Made by a program: the position numbers and the translations under genes. 64,000 nucleotides of DNA from Thermoplasmata archaeon (GTDB lineage: Archaea > Thermoplasmatota > Thermoplasmata > Lutacidiplasmatales > UBA184). Below, in pieces: positions 45,187 to 54,191 of the stretch. How positions within the stretch are numbered: the stretch's first letter is position 1; each line of letters opens with the position of its first letter. The notes under the pieces were generated by a model. That model searched no databases. It was not told where the DNA came from and worked only from the letters and a program-made list of their open reading frames with translations. The stretch is taken from contig JAGWLG010000012.1 of the NCBI GenBank assembly GCA_028864975.1, positions 15,745-79,744 on the forward strand. Direction: 5' to 3'.

Positions 45187-46527
45187 TTGAGCGCCTTGGT
45201 GCGGAGCGGAGCTTTGGCGACGGGAGCTGCTTCGAGGGCTCCCTCCCGTCCCGAGATCCTCCCTCGAGCGTCATCGGTGGACGCCTTCGTTGGGACCTTC
45301 AAGGACAACAAGTCAGCGCCCATCCATCGGTGGTTCCAGTACCCCGCGGGATTCAGCTATCGAGCGGTGGAACACGCGCTCGAAACGTTCCCCGTCCCCG
45401 AAGGAGGGACCGTGTACGACCCGTTCGCCGGCACGGGTACGACCCTCGTCGTCTGCAAAGGGCGGGGGATCTCCAGCGTCGGGGTCGAGGCCCACCCCTT
45501 GGTCGCAAGGATCGCGCAGACCAAGGTGACGTGGGACCTGGACCTGGACAAGCTCGGCCGCGAAGCGGACGCGCTGCTTCGGTCGCTTCCCAGGCGAGTG
45601 AGCTCGTCCCGACTCCCACGGGACCTTCCCGCCCTCCTGCAGAAGTGCTACAGTCCCAAGAACCTCACGAAGCTCTTCGCGATCCGCGACGCTTTGGACC
45701 GGGTGGAGAAGGTCCATCGGGACCTCTTCGAGGTCGCGCTCATCGGCACGCTGCGGGCGGCCAGCGCGGCAGCCACAGGGTGGCCCTACATCGCGCCCCG
45801 GAAGAGGATCCAGGAGAAGGACGCCCTCGAGACCTTCGCGCTCCAGCTCTCCCACTGCCTGGAGGACCTGCGCGCGACCCGAGCAGAGCGGAGGACCGTC
45901 CCCGCCCGGGCCCTTGAAGCGGACGCGCGAGCCCCACCCCTAGGGAAGGGCTCGGTCGACCTGGCCTTCACCTCTCCCCCCTATCTCAACAACTACGACT
46001 ACGCCGACCGGCTTCGTTTGGAAACCTACTTCCTGGGCATGGCCTCGACCTGGGGAGAGATCACCGAAAGGTTCCGGTCCAAGCTCATCGTGGCCGCCAC
46101 AACCCAGGTGGACCGCCGGGAGGGTTCCGCCAGGGAACGGGTGGAAGGCGCGCTCGAGGGCCTCGACCCCCAGGTCGCCAGGGAGCTTGGGGAGAAGGTC
46201 GAGAAGCTGTCGGAGGTTCGCAAGCACCGGCGTGGGCAGAAGAGCTACGACCTGATGGTCGCTCGCTACTTCGAGGACATGGCGCAGGCCATGACCGCCA
46301 CGCGACGTCTTCTCCGGCCTGAAGGGAGGCTCGTGATGATCCTGGGCGACTCCGCCCCCTACGGGGTGCCTATCCCCACCGAGGAGTACCTCGGGAAGCT
46401 CGGGCTCGGCGTGGGGTTCTCCGACTACCGGACGACACGCCTCAGGTCCCGGGGTGGGAAGTGGCGGTCCAACCCCCAGCGCCATCACGTTCCGCTCAAG
46501 GAGTCTTGGCTCCTTCTCAGGGCCTAG
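45187..46527 (+). CDS. Orphan amino-DNA methyltransferase, probably N4-cytosine, alpha-type motif order
   Basis: IHRWFQYPAGFS, motif I DPFAGTGTT, motif IV FTSPPY; no nuclease adjacent. Confidence 0.85.
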   Translation: MSALVRSGALATGAASRAPSRPEILPRASSVDAFVGTFKDNKSAPIHRWFQYPAGFSYRAVEHALETFPVPEGGTVYDPFAGTGTTLVVCKGRGISSVGVEAHPLVARIAQTKVTWDLDLDKLGREADALLRSLPRRVSSSRLPRDLPALLQKCYSPKNLTKLFAIRDALDRVEKVHRDLFEVALIGTLRAASAAATGWPYIAPRKRIQEKDALETFALQLSHCLEDLRATRAERRTVPARALEADARAPPLGKGSVDLAFTSPPYLNNYDYADRLRLETYFLGMASTWGEITERFRSKLIVAATTQVDRREGSARERVEGALEGLDPQVARELGEKVEKLSEVRKHRRGQKSYDLMVARYFEDMAQAMTATRRLLRPEGRLVMILGDSAPYGVPIPTEEYLGKLGLGVGFSDYRTTRLRSRGGKWRSNPQRHHVPLKESWLLLRA

Positions 46528-46632
46528 GGGACCGGCCGTCGCCGCGGTTCGGGTTTCGCTCCACGGCGTGTCGTGGACGCCACGTGAGGCAAAGGTCAAA
46601 TCCGCCCTTTCCTCAGAGAGGACCGGTCCAGG

Positions 46633-46959
46633 ATGCAGAAGTACCCGGTCAGCCCGAAGGTCGTGAAATCGCTCAGCCTCTCCACGCTGCAGTCGGTCCT
46701 CCAGGAGGTCTTCGGGAACGGGAGCACCGAGGAGCCTTTCGCGCACGCGAGCTTTGGCGCGCTCAAGGACCTGAAGGTCGGTTTCGAGGGGAAGTCCATG
46801 CTCGTCGAGACCGTCATGGACCCCACCGTGCCCTCGGAGGTCCAGCAGGAGACGATCCGACGCTACAACAGCTTCCTCGAGCGCGCCACGGGTTACACCG
46901 CGAAAGAACGCGCGAAGAAGCTTCAGCAGGCCGCCAAGAAGGGCGGCGCCGAGGCGTAG
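46633..46959 (+). CDS. DUF5611-family protein
   Basis: FGALKDL.V...GK, RRYNSFLERATGYTAKERAKK signature. Confidence 0.8.
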   Translation: MQKYPVSPKVVKSLSLSTLQSVLQEVFGNGSTEEPFAHASFGALKDLKVGFEGKSMLVETVMDPTVPSEVQQETIRRYNSFLERATGYTAKERAKKLQQAAKKGGAEA

Positions 46960-46960
46960 G

Positions 46961-48574
46961 GTGGCGTACGTCCTCCCCTCGACGGCCACCACCGGCGAGG
47001 CGGGCCGGCTGAAGGCCCTCGTGGCCAAGTACTTCCCGGTCTACGAGGTCCGCGTCACCCAGAACTCGCTCATCATGGCCGTCCAGACGGACAAGGCCAC
47101 GATGCCCCAGAAGTTCGACCAGCTCCGCCAGGAGCTCTGGCCGATGAACTACGTCCCGATGGTCCGGGAGCACTCGGGGGAGACGATCATCGAGGTGCTC
47201 CGGCGTCCGATGCGGACGACCTGGAAGCCCCTGACGAACGTCGTCATGCTCGTCGCGACCATCATCACCAGCCTCTTCGCCGGGGCCTTCCTCTGGGTGG
47301 CGTACGTCGGAGGCTCGAGCCTCGACGCTTCGGCCCTCCTCTGGGGGGCCCTGACCTTCGCGATCCCGCTCTTGGCGATCCTCGGGTTCCACGAGCTTGC
47401 CCACTTCGTGGTCGCGCGTCGGCACCATGTCGAGGCCTCGCTGCCGTTCTTCATCCCGATGCCCCCGCCCTTCGTCATCTTCGGGACCTTCGGGGCGTTC
47501 ATCTCCCTTCGAGAGCCGATACCGGACCGGAAGGCTCTTGTCGACATCGGGGCGGCGGGGCCGATCGCGGGGTTCGCGCTCGCGGTACCCATCACGCTCG
47601 CCGGGCTCTTCCTCACCCAGCACCATCCGATCGCCCTCCCGCTCAACAACTGCGGGCCCAGCTTCCTCTCCATCCCGTACGGCAACCTGTCGTTCGGGTC
47701 CTCCGCCCTCTTCTACGCCCTGGCGCTCTTCTTCCCCAAGGCCTGGGTGGTCCAGCTCAACCCGCTCGCGATCGCGGGCTGGGTCGGCCTGCTGGTCACC
47801 GCGATCAACCTCCTCCCCGCGGGCCAATTGGATGGAGGGCACGTCTTTCGGGCCCTCTTCGGACCGAGAGCCGTCCTCGTGAGCTGGGTCTCGGTTGGGG
47901 CGCTCTTCTTCCTGGGCATCTGGTATCCGGGGTGGTGGATCTTCGGGTTCTTGATCCTCATCCTGGGGCCGCGCCATCCACCCCCTCTCAACGACATCAC
48001 CCCGCTCGACTGGAAACGGCAGGGCATCGGGATCGCCGCGGCTGCCATCCTGATCACGGGCTTCGTGGCCGTCCCGCTCTCCACGCCCACCGGAGGCTTC
48101 CACGTCACCCAGGACAACCTCGTGGCCGGTGGGAATATCCACAACTCCACCTACGCCAATCTGAGCCTTACGATCAACAACGACGACTTCGCCCCCCACG
48201 CGTTCTGGCTCTTCGTCGGTCTCGCCAAGAACAACACGACCTGGGCGCTCTGGAACGCCTGGGTGTCGAACCTGACCTGGACGATCCAACTACCGAACGG
48301 GACGACCTGGACGACCTCGGGTGCGACCGTGGGAGCGAACTACTCGGTCCCCGGAGAGGCGTTCTTCTGTGTCTCCAGCAACGGAACGGGCAAGGCCAGC
48401 TGCCCTTCCCCTTACAGCGTACACCTCGTCATCAGCAACCCCGCGCCACCACCAGATTCGCCCGCGACCACCCCGCGATTCGTGGCGAACGTCAAGGTCG
48501 TCGAGCTCTGCGCGTCGGCCCAGGGGCTTCAGAACGGACAGCCCTGGACCACCACGTTCACGTACCCCGCCTAG
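46961..48574 (+). CDS. Site-2 protease (M50) with extra C-terminal extracellular domain
   Basis: HELAH zinc motif, IG.AGP.AG, NLLPAGQLDGGH; multi-TM; ~160-aa sequon-rich C-terminal domain. Confidence 0.92.
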   Translation: MAYVLPSTATTGEAGRLKALVAKYFPVYEVRVTQNSLIMAVQTDKATMPQKFDQLRQELWPMNYVPMVREHSGETIIEVLRRPMRTTWKPLTNVVMLVATIITSLFAGAFLWVAYVGGSSLDASALLWGALTFAIPLLAILGFHELAHFVVARRHHVEASLPFFIPMPPPFVIFGTFGAFISLREPIPDRKALVDIGAAGPIAGFALAVPITLAGLFLTQHHPIALPLNNCGPSFLSIPYGNLSFGSSALFYALALFFPKAWVVQLNPLAIAGWVGLLVTAINLLPAGQLDGGHVFRALFGPRAVLVSWVSVGALFFLGIWYPGWWIFGFLILILGPRHPPPLNDITPLDWKRQGIGIAAAAILITGFVAVPLSTPTGGFHVTQDNLVAGGNIHNSTYANLSLTINNDDFAPHAFWLFVGLAKNNTTWALWNAWVSNLTWTIQLPNGTTWTTSGATVGANYSVPGEAFFCVSSNGTGKASCPSPYSVHLVISNPAPPPDSPATTPRFVANVKVVELCASAQGLQNGQPWTTTFTYPA

Positions 48575-48769
48575 CTCCGCTTCGAAAACGTCGGTCGTGG
48601 TGTCCGACACGGCATCAGGGGCCACCCTGGCCCCACCCGAGCTGTTGGCCGCCCCACAGCGCATTCCCCGACTGACCTTGGGAGAAGCTCCTCGCCTTCC
48701 TCGTGAGGTGGTTACACCTCTCCAAGGGCATAGGGAGAAGAGAGGACGCCAGCAGTCTGACCTCAAGGT

Positions 48770-49948
48770 GTGCTAGAGTGGGAACTGATCGTTCTTCTCC
48801 TGGCAGCGACCCTGGGCACCGCCCTGGTCGCCAAACGAACCGGGGCGCCCATCACCGCGCTGGAGATCGTGATGGGAGTCGCCCTGGTGTACTTCCTGGG
48901 GGTCCACCTACCCTTCGGGGCGGGTGTCCTCGCCACCTTCGGCAGCTTGCTGATCGTCTTCCTTGCCGGGCTGGAGACCCGGATCGAATTCCTGAAGGAG
49001 AACTGGCGTTCCGCATGGACCATCGGCCTCCCGGGGTTCGCGGTCCCGGCCCTGGTCCTGTTCTTCCTTCTCCGCCAGGGCCTGGGGGCACCCCTGTTCG
49101 TCTCTGTCGTGGGGGCCACCGCCCTCGCGGACACCTCGATCTCCATCGTCTACACCACCCTTCACCAGTACCGGCTCGCCAACCTCCCGTTCGGGAGGAT
49201 GGTGCTCGCCGCCACCCTGGTCGTCAACCTCTCCGAGGATGCGACCATCACGTCCGGAACGCTGCTCTACTCGGGGCTCACCTGGACCCTGCTGGCCATT
49301 CTGGGCGTCCTTCTGGTGCTGGCGCTCTTCCTGCCGAGGTTGATCGCGCGGCTCCAGTCGGAAGGAGGGACCTATTTTGCCAACATCCCCGCCCGCGGCA
49401 TCCTGTTGTCCTTGGCGGCGATCGAACTCTTCACCTCGCTGGCGACCATACCGGGGATCTTCTTCGTCTTCCTCATGGGACTCGTGGTCTCGCGCAGCCT
49501 GGACGAGAAGTCGCTCGAACAGGTGCAGGGGCTCGCCTTTGCGCTCTTCGTGCCCCTCTACTTCGTGAACGTGGGGTTGAACGTGGACCTCCCCTTTGTC
49601 CTGGCGAACCTCCCGATACTCCTGGGTCTGGTGGCTGTGGCTTCCACGGCCAAGATCTCGGCGTTGCTCCCTGGGCTCCGTCGGGTGTTCGGAACGGCTC
49701 GGGCTTCCAAGGTGGCCGTCCTGATGAACACCCGGCTGACGAGCGCGACCGTGATCCTGTTGCTGATGCTCGAGAACGGCTTCATCTCGGACGCGTGGTA
49801 CTCGCTCTTCATCTCCGGGGTGGTCGTTCTGGCCCTCGGCTCGTCGGGGGTCCTGCGGGCCTTCCAGGGCTTCTCGAGCGCGGAAGCCGCCCGGCAGGCC
49901 CTCGGGTCGTTCCGTATGGAGCCCGCCCCCTCAGGCGCGACCTCCTGA
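48770..49948 (+). CDS. Cation:proton antiporter (CPA2 / Na+/H+ exchanger family)
   Basis: About 12 TM; FLAGLE, ALADTS, FVPLYFVNVG, MNTR. Confidence 0.85.
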   Translation: MLEWELIVLLLAATLGTALVAKRTGAPITALEIVMGVALVYFLGVHLPFGAGVLATFGSLLIVFLAGLETRIEFLKENWRSAWTIGLPGFAVPALVLFFLLRQGLGAPLFVSVVGATALADTSISIVYTTLHQYRLANLPFGRMVLAATLVVNLSEDATITSGTLLYSGLTWTLLAILGVLLVLALFLPRLIARLQSEGGTYFANIPARGILLSLAAIELFTSLATIPGIFFVFLMGLVVSRSLDEKSLEQVQGLAFALFVPLYFVNVGLNVDLPFVLANLPILLGLVAVASTAKISALLPGLRRVFGTARASKVAVLMNTRLTSATVILLLMLENGFISDAWYSLFISGVVVLALGSSGVLRAFQGFSSAEAARQALGSFRMEPAPSGATS

Positions 49949-49999
49949 GGCGACGAAGGAAAGGCCCCGGAGTTGGGCGGAGAGGTGTTGCAGGGCCCC

Positions 50000-51070
50000 T
50001 CAGGGGCCCCTTTGAAGGACCACCACCCACCGGGTGAGGCTACGGTGGACCCGCTCACCGACGAGCAGCTCTTCTCTGCGAAGGGTCGACGGGAGTTCCG
50101 GTAGAAGCTCGGGGCCGTGCACCAGGAAGGCCGCACGTCCGCCCGGAGACAGGAGCTCCGGCAGGCGAGCGAGCGTGTCGCTCAGGACCTTCTCGCTCCC
50201 CTCCCCCCCGGTGCCCGAGGCGCGACCGTAGGGAGGGTCGAAGACCACTCCATCGAACTTCTGGCCCTCGAGAGCTGAGGGCAGGCGCCCGATATCGGAC
50301 TGCACCATCCGAGCCGGTGCGATCCCCTGCGCGGACAGGTTCCGAAGGGAGCCGCGGACCATCTCGGCGTCGCGGTCCGCCCCGCTCACGTCGTAGCCGA
50401 GGTCGGCGGCCTCGGCAAGGATCGCCCCGGTCCCGCAGAAAGGGTCGAGGACCGTTCCTCCCAGGGGGACCCTGGCGAGATTGACGAGCGCACGCGCGAG
50501 CCGAGGGGGCAAGGTGACGGGCTTTCGGAAAGGACGGTTCTTCGCGCGGCGGGCTTCCGCCTCACCACGGGGGACCTCCCCGATGACCTCGGCAAGTCCT
50601 GCCGGGTTCTCCGCTCGGAGGTCGTCCGAGCCGGTCGGCAGCAACGCCAGGAAGTCGCGGTCGGGGGACTCCAGGTCGATCCGCCCCCCACCTTGGAGGA
50701 ACGCATGCCCCAGGACCTGGGGGAGCTTGCGCGAGAGGTTCGGCGGCCCCCCCGAAGCGACCCGGACCCGGGCCGATGAGCCCCCTCCCCCCTCCAGCAC
50801 CATCGCGTCGACCAGGGTGTCGAGGTCCCCCTCGGCGACCGGCCTCAAGACGCGGTGAGCGAAGGCCAGCCGTTGGGCCAGCAGGGCTCCGGGACCCGGC
50901 CGCGAGAACCCCACCTCGCAGAACCGCCCGTCGCCCCAGGGGAGGGCTTGGGGGGGAGGGACCCCGGTCTCCAGGACGGAGGAGCACGCTGAGAGGTCGC
51001 GCTCCGCCAGCGGGAGGTTCTCTCCGGAGAGCTCGACCCACACGGCCGTCCCTTGTGGGGAGGGGCTCAT
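50000..51070 (-). CDS. trm11: tRNA (guanine-10-N2)-methyltransferase, Trm11/TrmG10 family
   Basis: ELSGEN..LA..D, RPFRKP..LPPRLARALVNL, DPFCGTG, DPPYGR, HRSLTR; ATG 51070 overlaps upstream TGA. Confidence 0.85.
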   Translation of the reverse strand: MSPSPQGTAVWVELSGENLPLAERDLSACSSVLETGVPPPQALPWGDGRFCEVGFSRPGPGALLAQRLAFAHRVLRPVAEGDLDTLVDAMVLEGGGGSSARVRVASGGPPNLSRKLPQVLGHAFLQGGGRIDLESPDRDFLALLPTGSDDLRAENPAGLAEVIGEVPRGEAEARRAKNRPFRKPVTLPPRLARALVNLARVPLGGTVLDPFCGTGAILAEAADLGYDVSGADRDAEMVRGSLRNLSAQGIAPARMVQSDIGRLPSALEGQKFDGVVFDPPYGRASGTGGEGSEKVLSDTLARLPELLSPGGRAAFLVHGPELLPELPSTLRREELLVGERVHRSLTRWVVVLQRGP

Positions 51071-51585
51071 CGACGGGGGGCCTCCGAGGATGGGGACCGG
51101 TGGGACCGGTCCATGGCGAAGACACGCTCGAGCGTTCGGCGGATCTCGTCGGTATGGCTCCCTTCCCAGTACGCTTGCCCGCAACGAGGGCAGAGGAAGA
51201 TGGGGGCGGCCGACATCCAGGGACCCTCCGGGACCCCCTTCGGCGGTCTGGGCGAGGAGCGGTCCGCCTCCTCAAGCAGAGCGTTGCAGAGCGAGCATCG
51301 CAGGAACCGTACCTCCCTACGGAGCGCCGGGAAAGCTTCCCGCAGCTCGAGGAGCTGGCCTTCGATCTCCAGGGACCTCAGCAGGACGACCCGGGGGGAG
51401 CGCTCCGCCATGCCCTGGTCGCGGGTCACCACCCTACGGTCCTCCTCCTTGGCCTGCTGGAGGATCGAGGAGTCGGTCCGGTTCCGGGCGTACTCCGTGT
51501 CGTACCCTAGGAAGCGAAGGTAGCGAGCGAGCCGCCCGAGCATCTCGTCGCAGATCCAACGCGGTTCGCCCTCCGCCGGCCGCAC
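51067..51585 (-). CDS. Mut7-C RNase-domain protein (PIN fold plus Zn ribbon)
   Basis: DEMLGRLARYLRFLGYDT, VVTRD, RCSLCN, CPRCG..YWEGSH. Confidence 0.9.
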   Translation of the reverse strand: MRPAEGEPRWICDEMLGRLARYLRFLGYDTEYARNRTDSSILQQAKEEDRRVVTRDQGMAERSPRVVLLRSLEIEGQLLELREAFPALRREVRFLRCSLCNALLEEADRSSPRPPKGVPEGPWMSAAPIFLCPRCGQAYWEGSHTDEIRRTLERVFAMDRSHRSPSSEAPRR

Positions 51586-51631
51586 GGACCCCCGAACCCC
51601 GTCCGCTCGTAAGAGCTCGCGCGGCGAAGTC

Positions 51632-51638
51632 TAAATAT
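51632..51638. promoter_or_regulatory. TATA box TAAATAT between divergent Mut7-C and phosphohexomutase genes
   Basis: 25 bp upstream of ATG 51663. Confidence 0.6.
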
Positions 51639-51662
51639 CGGCCCAGGGGTCGCCACCGCTCC

Positions 51663-53054
51663 ATGGGCCGATTCTTCGGAACGAACGGGATCCGCGAGGT
51701 GGTGGGGGAGAACCTCAACGCCCGTTTCGTAGCCGGCATGGTCGGCGCGATCGCGGAGGTCGTGGGGGACTCCCGTCCGATGCTCGTCGCATGGGACGGA
51801 CGGACCTCCTCCCCGGCCTTCGCCCGGATCGCCGCGGGCACCCTGTCGGTGGGGGGTCTGGACGTTCTGGAGCTGGCGGCCATGCCCACGCCGTGCGCCC
51901 AGTACAGCGTACCGCGCCTGAAGGCCTCCTGCGCGGTGGTCATCACCGCGTCGCACAATCCCCCCGAGTTCAACGGCATCAAGGGGATCGCCGACGATGG
52001 GCTCGAGTTCACCACCCGGACCGAGGAGGCCGTCGAGAAGGCCTACCTGGAGGGCCGCTCCCGCACGGTCCGGTTCGACCAGGTGGGATCGATCCGCGCG
52101 GAGACCGGGGGCATCGAACGCTACTTGAACGGCATCCGCAGCCTGGTCGATGTCGAGGCGATCCGCAAGCGGAACCTCCGGGTGGTCGTCGACTGTGGGA
52201 ACGGGGCGAGTGCGACGACCGCCCCTCTCCAGTTGGGCCAGATGGGTCTTCGTTACGTTTCGCTCAACGGGAACCTGGACGGCGTCTTCCCGGGTCGGTC
52301 CTCCGAGCCCACCGAGGCGAACCTTCGGGACCTGGTGGCGAGCGTACCCGCCACGCGAGCGGACCTCGGGGTCGCCCACGACGGCGACGCGGACCGCGCC
52401 GTCTTCGTCGACGACCGCGGGCGATTCATCCCCGGGGAACGCGTGCTGACGCTGCTCGCCCGGGAGGAGGTCCAACATGCCGGTGGGGGCACCATCGTGA
52501 CCCCCGTGACCTCCTCGCAATCCGTCGAGGATGTGGTCACCCCGTTCGGGGGGAAGGTCCACTACACGCGGGTCGGCTCCCCCGTGGTCGCCCGGGCCAT
52601 GGTGGAGACGGGGGCCATCTTCGGCGGGGAGGAGAACGGGGGCTACCTGTTCCCGAAGCACCAGTGCGCGCGCGACGGGGCGATGACCCTGGCCAAGGTC
52701 CTCGAGCTCGTCGCCCGCACGGGGAAGAAGCTCTCGCAGCTCTTGGACGAGTTGCCGCCGTACTTCCTCGTGAAGAAGAAGGTCGCCTGCCCCATCCCCC
52801 TGAGACAGAAGGTCCTCTCCGAAGTGCCCTCGATGCTCGACGCGGGGAAGGACGCGGCGACGAGGGTGGTCACCTTGGACGGAGTGAAGGTGATCACGCC
52901 CAAGGGGTGGGTCTTGGTCCGCCCCTCCGGCACCGAGCCGATCTACCGCGTGTTCGCCGAGGCCCGAGACCCCAAGGCCGCGGAGGAGCTGGCGGCCACC
53001 ACCCTCTCCAAGGTCGAGGAACTCATCCGTAAGCTCCAGGGGACCGCCCCCTAG
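51663..53054 (+). CDS. glmM: Phosphohexomutase (phosphoglucosamine mutase / PMM-PGM)
   Basis: FGTNGIR, TASHNP phosphoserine loop, DGDADR, GGEENG, DG, VRPSGTEP; ATG 51663. Confidence 0.9.
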   Translation: MGRFFGTNGIREVVGENLNARFVAGMVGAIAEVVGDSRPMLVAWDGRTSSPAFARIAAGTLSVGGLDVLELAAMPTPCAQYSVPRLKASCAVVITASHNPPEFNGIKGIADDGLEFTTRTEEAVEKAYLEGRSRTVRFDQVGSIRAETGGIERYLNGIRSLVDVEAIRKRNLRVVVDCGNGASATTAPLQLGQMGLRYVSLNGNLDGVFPGRSSEPTEANLRDLVASVPATRADLGVAHDGDADRAVFVDDRGRFIPGERVLTLLAREEVQHAGGGTIVTPVTSSQSVEDVVTPFGGKVHYTRVGSPVVARAMVETGAIFGGEENGGYLFPKHQCARDGAMTLAKVLELVARTGKKLSQLLDELPPYFLVKKKVACPIPLRQKVLSEVPSMLDAGKDAATRVVTLDGVKVITPKGWVLVRPSGTEPIYRVFAEARDPKAAEELAATTLSKVEELIRKLQGTAP

Positions 53055-53151
53055 AACGGCCTTTGGAGGGCGGCGCAGGCCTCTCCTAGGCTTCTCGCCG
53101 GGAGCGGACAGTTTCAAATCCTGCCTCCCTTGAAGGTGCGAGACCTCTTCC

Positions 53152-53391
53152 ATGACGCCAAGCTCCAACGAACCCCCTGTGATCGGCGTTTGCGCGGATT
53201 GCCACAAGAAGTTCACCGACCGCCTCGAGACCCGCTGGGACGTCCACATGCCCGACGGGACCTACATCGTGGTCTGCTCCCCGTGCTTCCAGAAGCGGGA
53301 CGCCGTTCGGGCACCGTTGGATGACCTTCCCCCTCCGTCCGGCAAGACCTCGGTCATGAAGACCGAGAAGAAATCCAAGAAGAAGAAGTGA
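53152..53391 (+). CDS. Small zinc-finger protein with Lys-rich tail
   Basis: CADC...CSPC, terminal KTEKKSKKKK. Confidence 0.65.
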   Translation: MTPSSNEPPVIGVCADCHKKFTDRLETRWDVHMPDGTYIVVCSPCFQKRDAVRAPLDDLPPPSGKTSVMKTEKKSKKKK

Positions 53392-53414
53392 GGGCGACCT
53401 CGCCCCCTCCCCCC

Positions 53415-54191
53415 TCACTGGATAGGGCCGAGGTTCATCGTCCGGAACCCCCACACCGCAGCCCCGAAGCTTAGGGCCGCGAGGAGCCCCAGGACCCCCA
53501 GCCCGAGTGCGACGGTCCCATTGAGGGTGCCCGAGAACGCGGCCCGGATGGCATCGGCCGCGAAGCTCAAGGGGTTCGCCTGAACGACATCGGCCAGGAG
53601 CCACGGGGTCTTCCCCGCCCTCACCGGGTAGTAGACCGTCGAGAGGAAGATGAGGAAGAGCTGCAAGAAGGACTGGATCGAGAAATAGGCGTTCGCCGAC
53701 CGCAGTCGCGTGCCCAGGGCGATCAGGAGACCGGCGAAGAAGATCCCGCCGAGCCCCACGGTGGCCAGAACGGAAGCCAGAGCGAGCGGGGAGAGCGCGG
53801 GAAGGCCGATCAGCGGAACCGCGACCAGGATCATCAGCCCCACCCCTAGCATGGAGAAGAGCAGCGTCGTCAGGACGAGCCCTGCCAGGTACTCGGAGCG
53901 AAGGAAGGGACCGGAGAATATCTGCTCCACCATCGCCCAGCGACGGTCCAGCCAGAACAGGTTCCCCGAGACCACCCCTCCCGAGACCATCTGGAAAGCG
54001 ATCATCCCCGGGACGAGGAAGGCGGTGTACGAGCTGGTCCCGGTCACCTGCCCCGAGATGTAGGCGCTGAACATGGTGCCCAGGACCACGATCGTGACCG
54101 CGGGCTGACCGAACCGTACCGCCACGCTGATCGCATCGAAGTTCGACGCGAAGTTCCGGACGACCAGCCGCAGAACGGGTGGGAGCGTCAC
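53415..54191 (-). CDS. ABC-2 type exporter permease
   Basis: Six TM, YTAFLVPGMIA, FLSTVYYP, NPLSFAADAIR; GTGA coupling to the ATPase. Confidence 0.9.
   Translation of the reverse strand: MTLPPVLRLVVRNFASNFDAISVAVRFGQPAVTIVVLGTMFSAYISGQVTGTSSYTAFLVPGMIAFQMVSGGVVSGNLFWLDRRWAMVEQIFSGPFLRSEYLAGLVLTTLLFSMLGVGLMILVAVPLIGLPALSPLALASVLATVGLGGIFFAGLLIALGTRLRSANAYFSIQSFLQLFLIFLSTVYYPVRAGKTPWLLADVVQANPLSFAADAIRAAFSGTLNGTVALGLGVLGLLAALSFGAAVWGFRTMNLGPIQ

Noticed and set aside
53086-53096. 11-nt match (CTAGGCTTCTC) to the terminal stem of the 22498-22749 element
   Set aside because: Single short post-hoc match with no flanking similarity; compatible with chance.
53065-53130. tRNA-like TTTCAAATCC T-loop
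   Set aside because: T-stem and acceptor stem do not pair and there is no D or anticodon arm; more likely the TATA box of gene 53152.
53152-53391. CADCH read as a c-type heme-binding CxxCH motif
   Set aside because: No signal peptide or TM, and a second CxxC (CSPC) completes an ordinary zinc finger.
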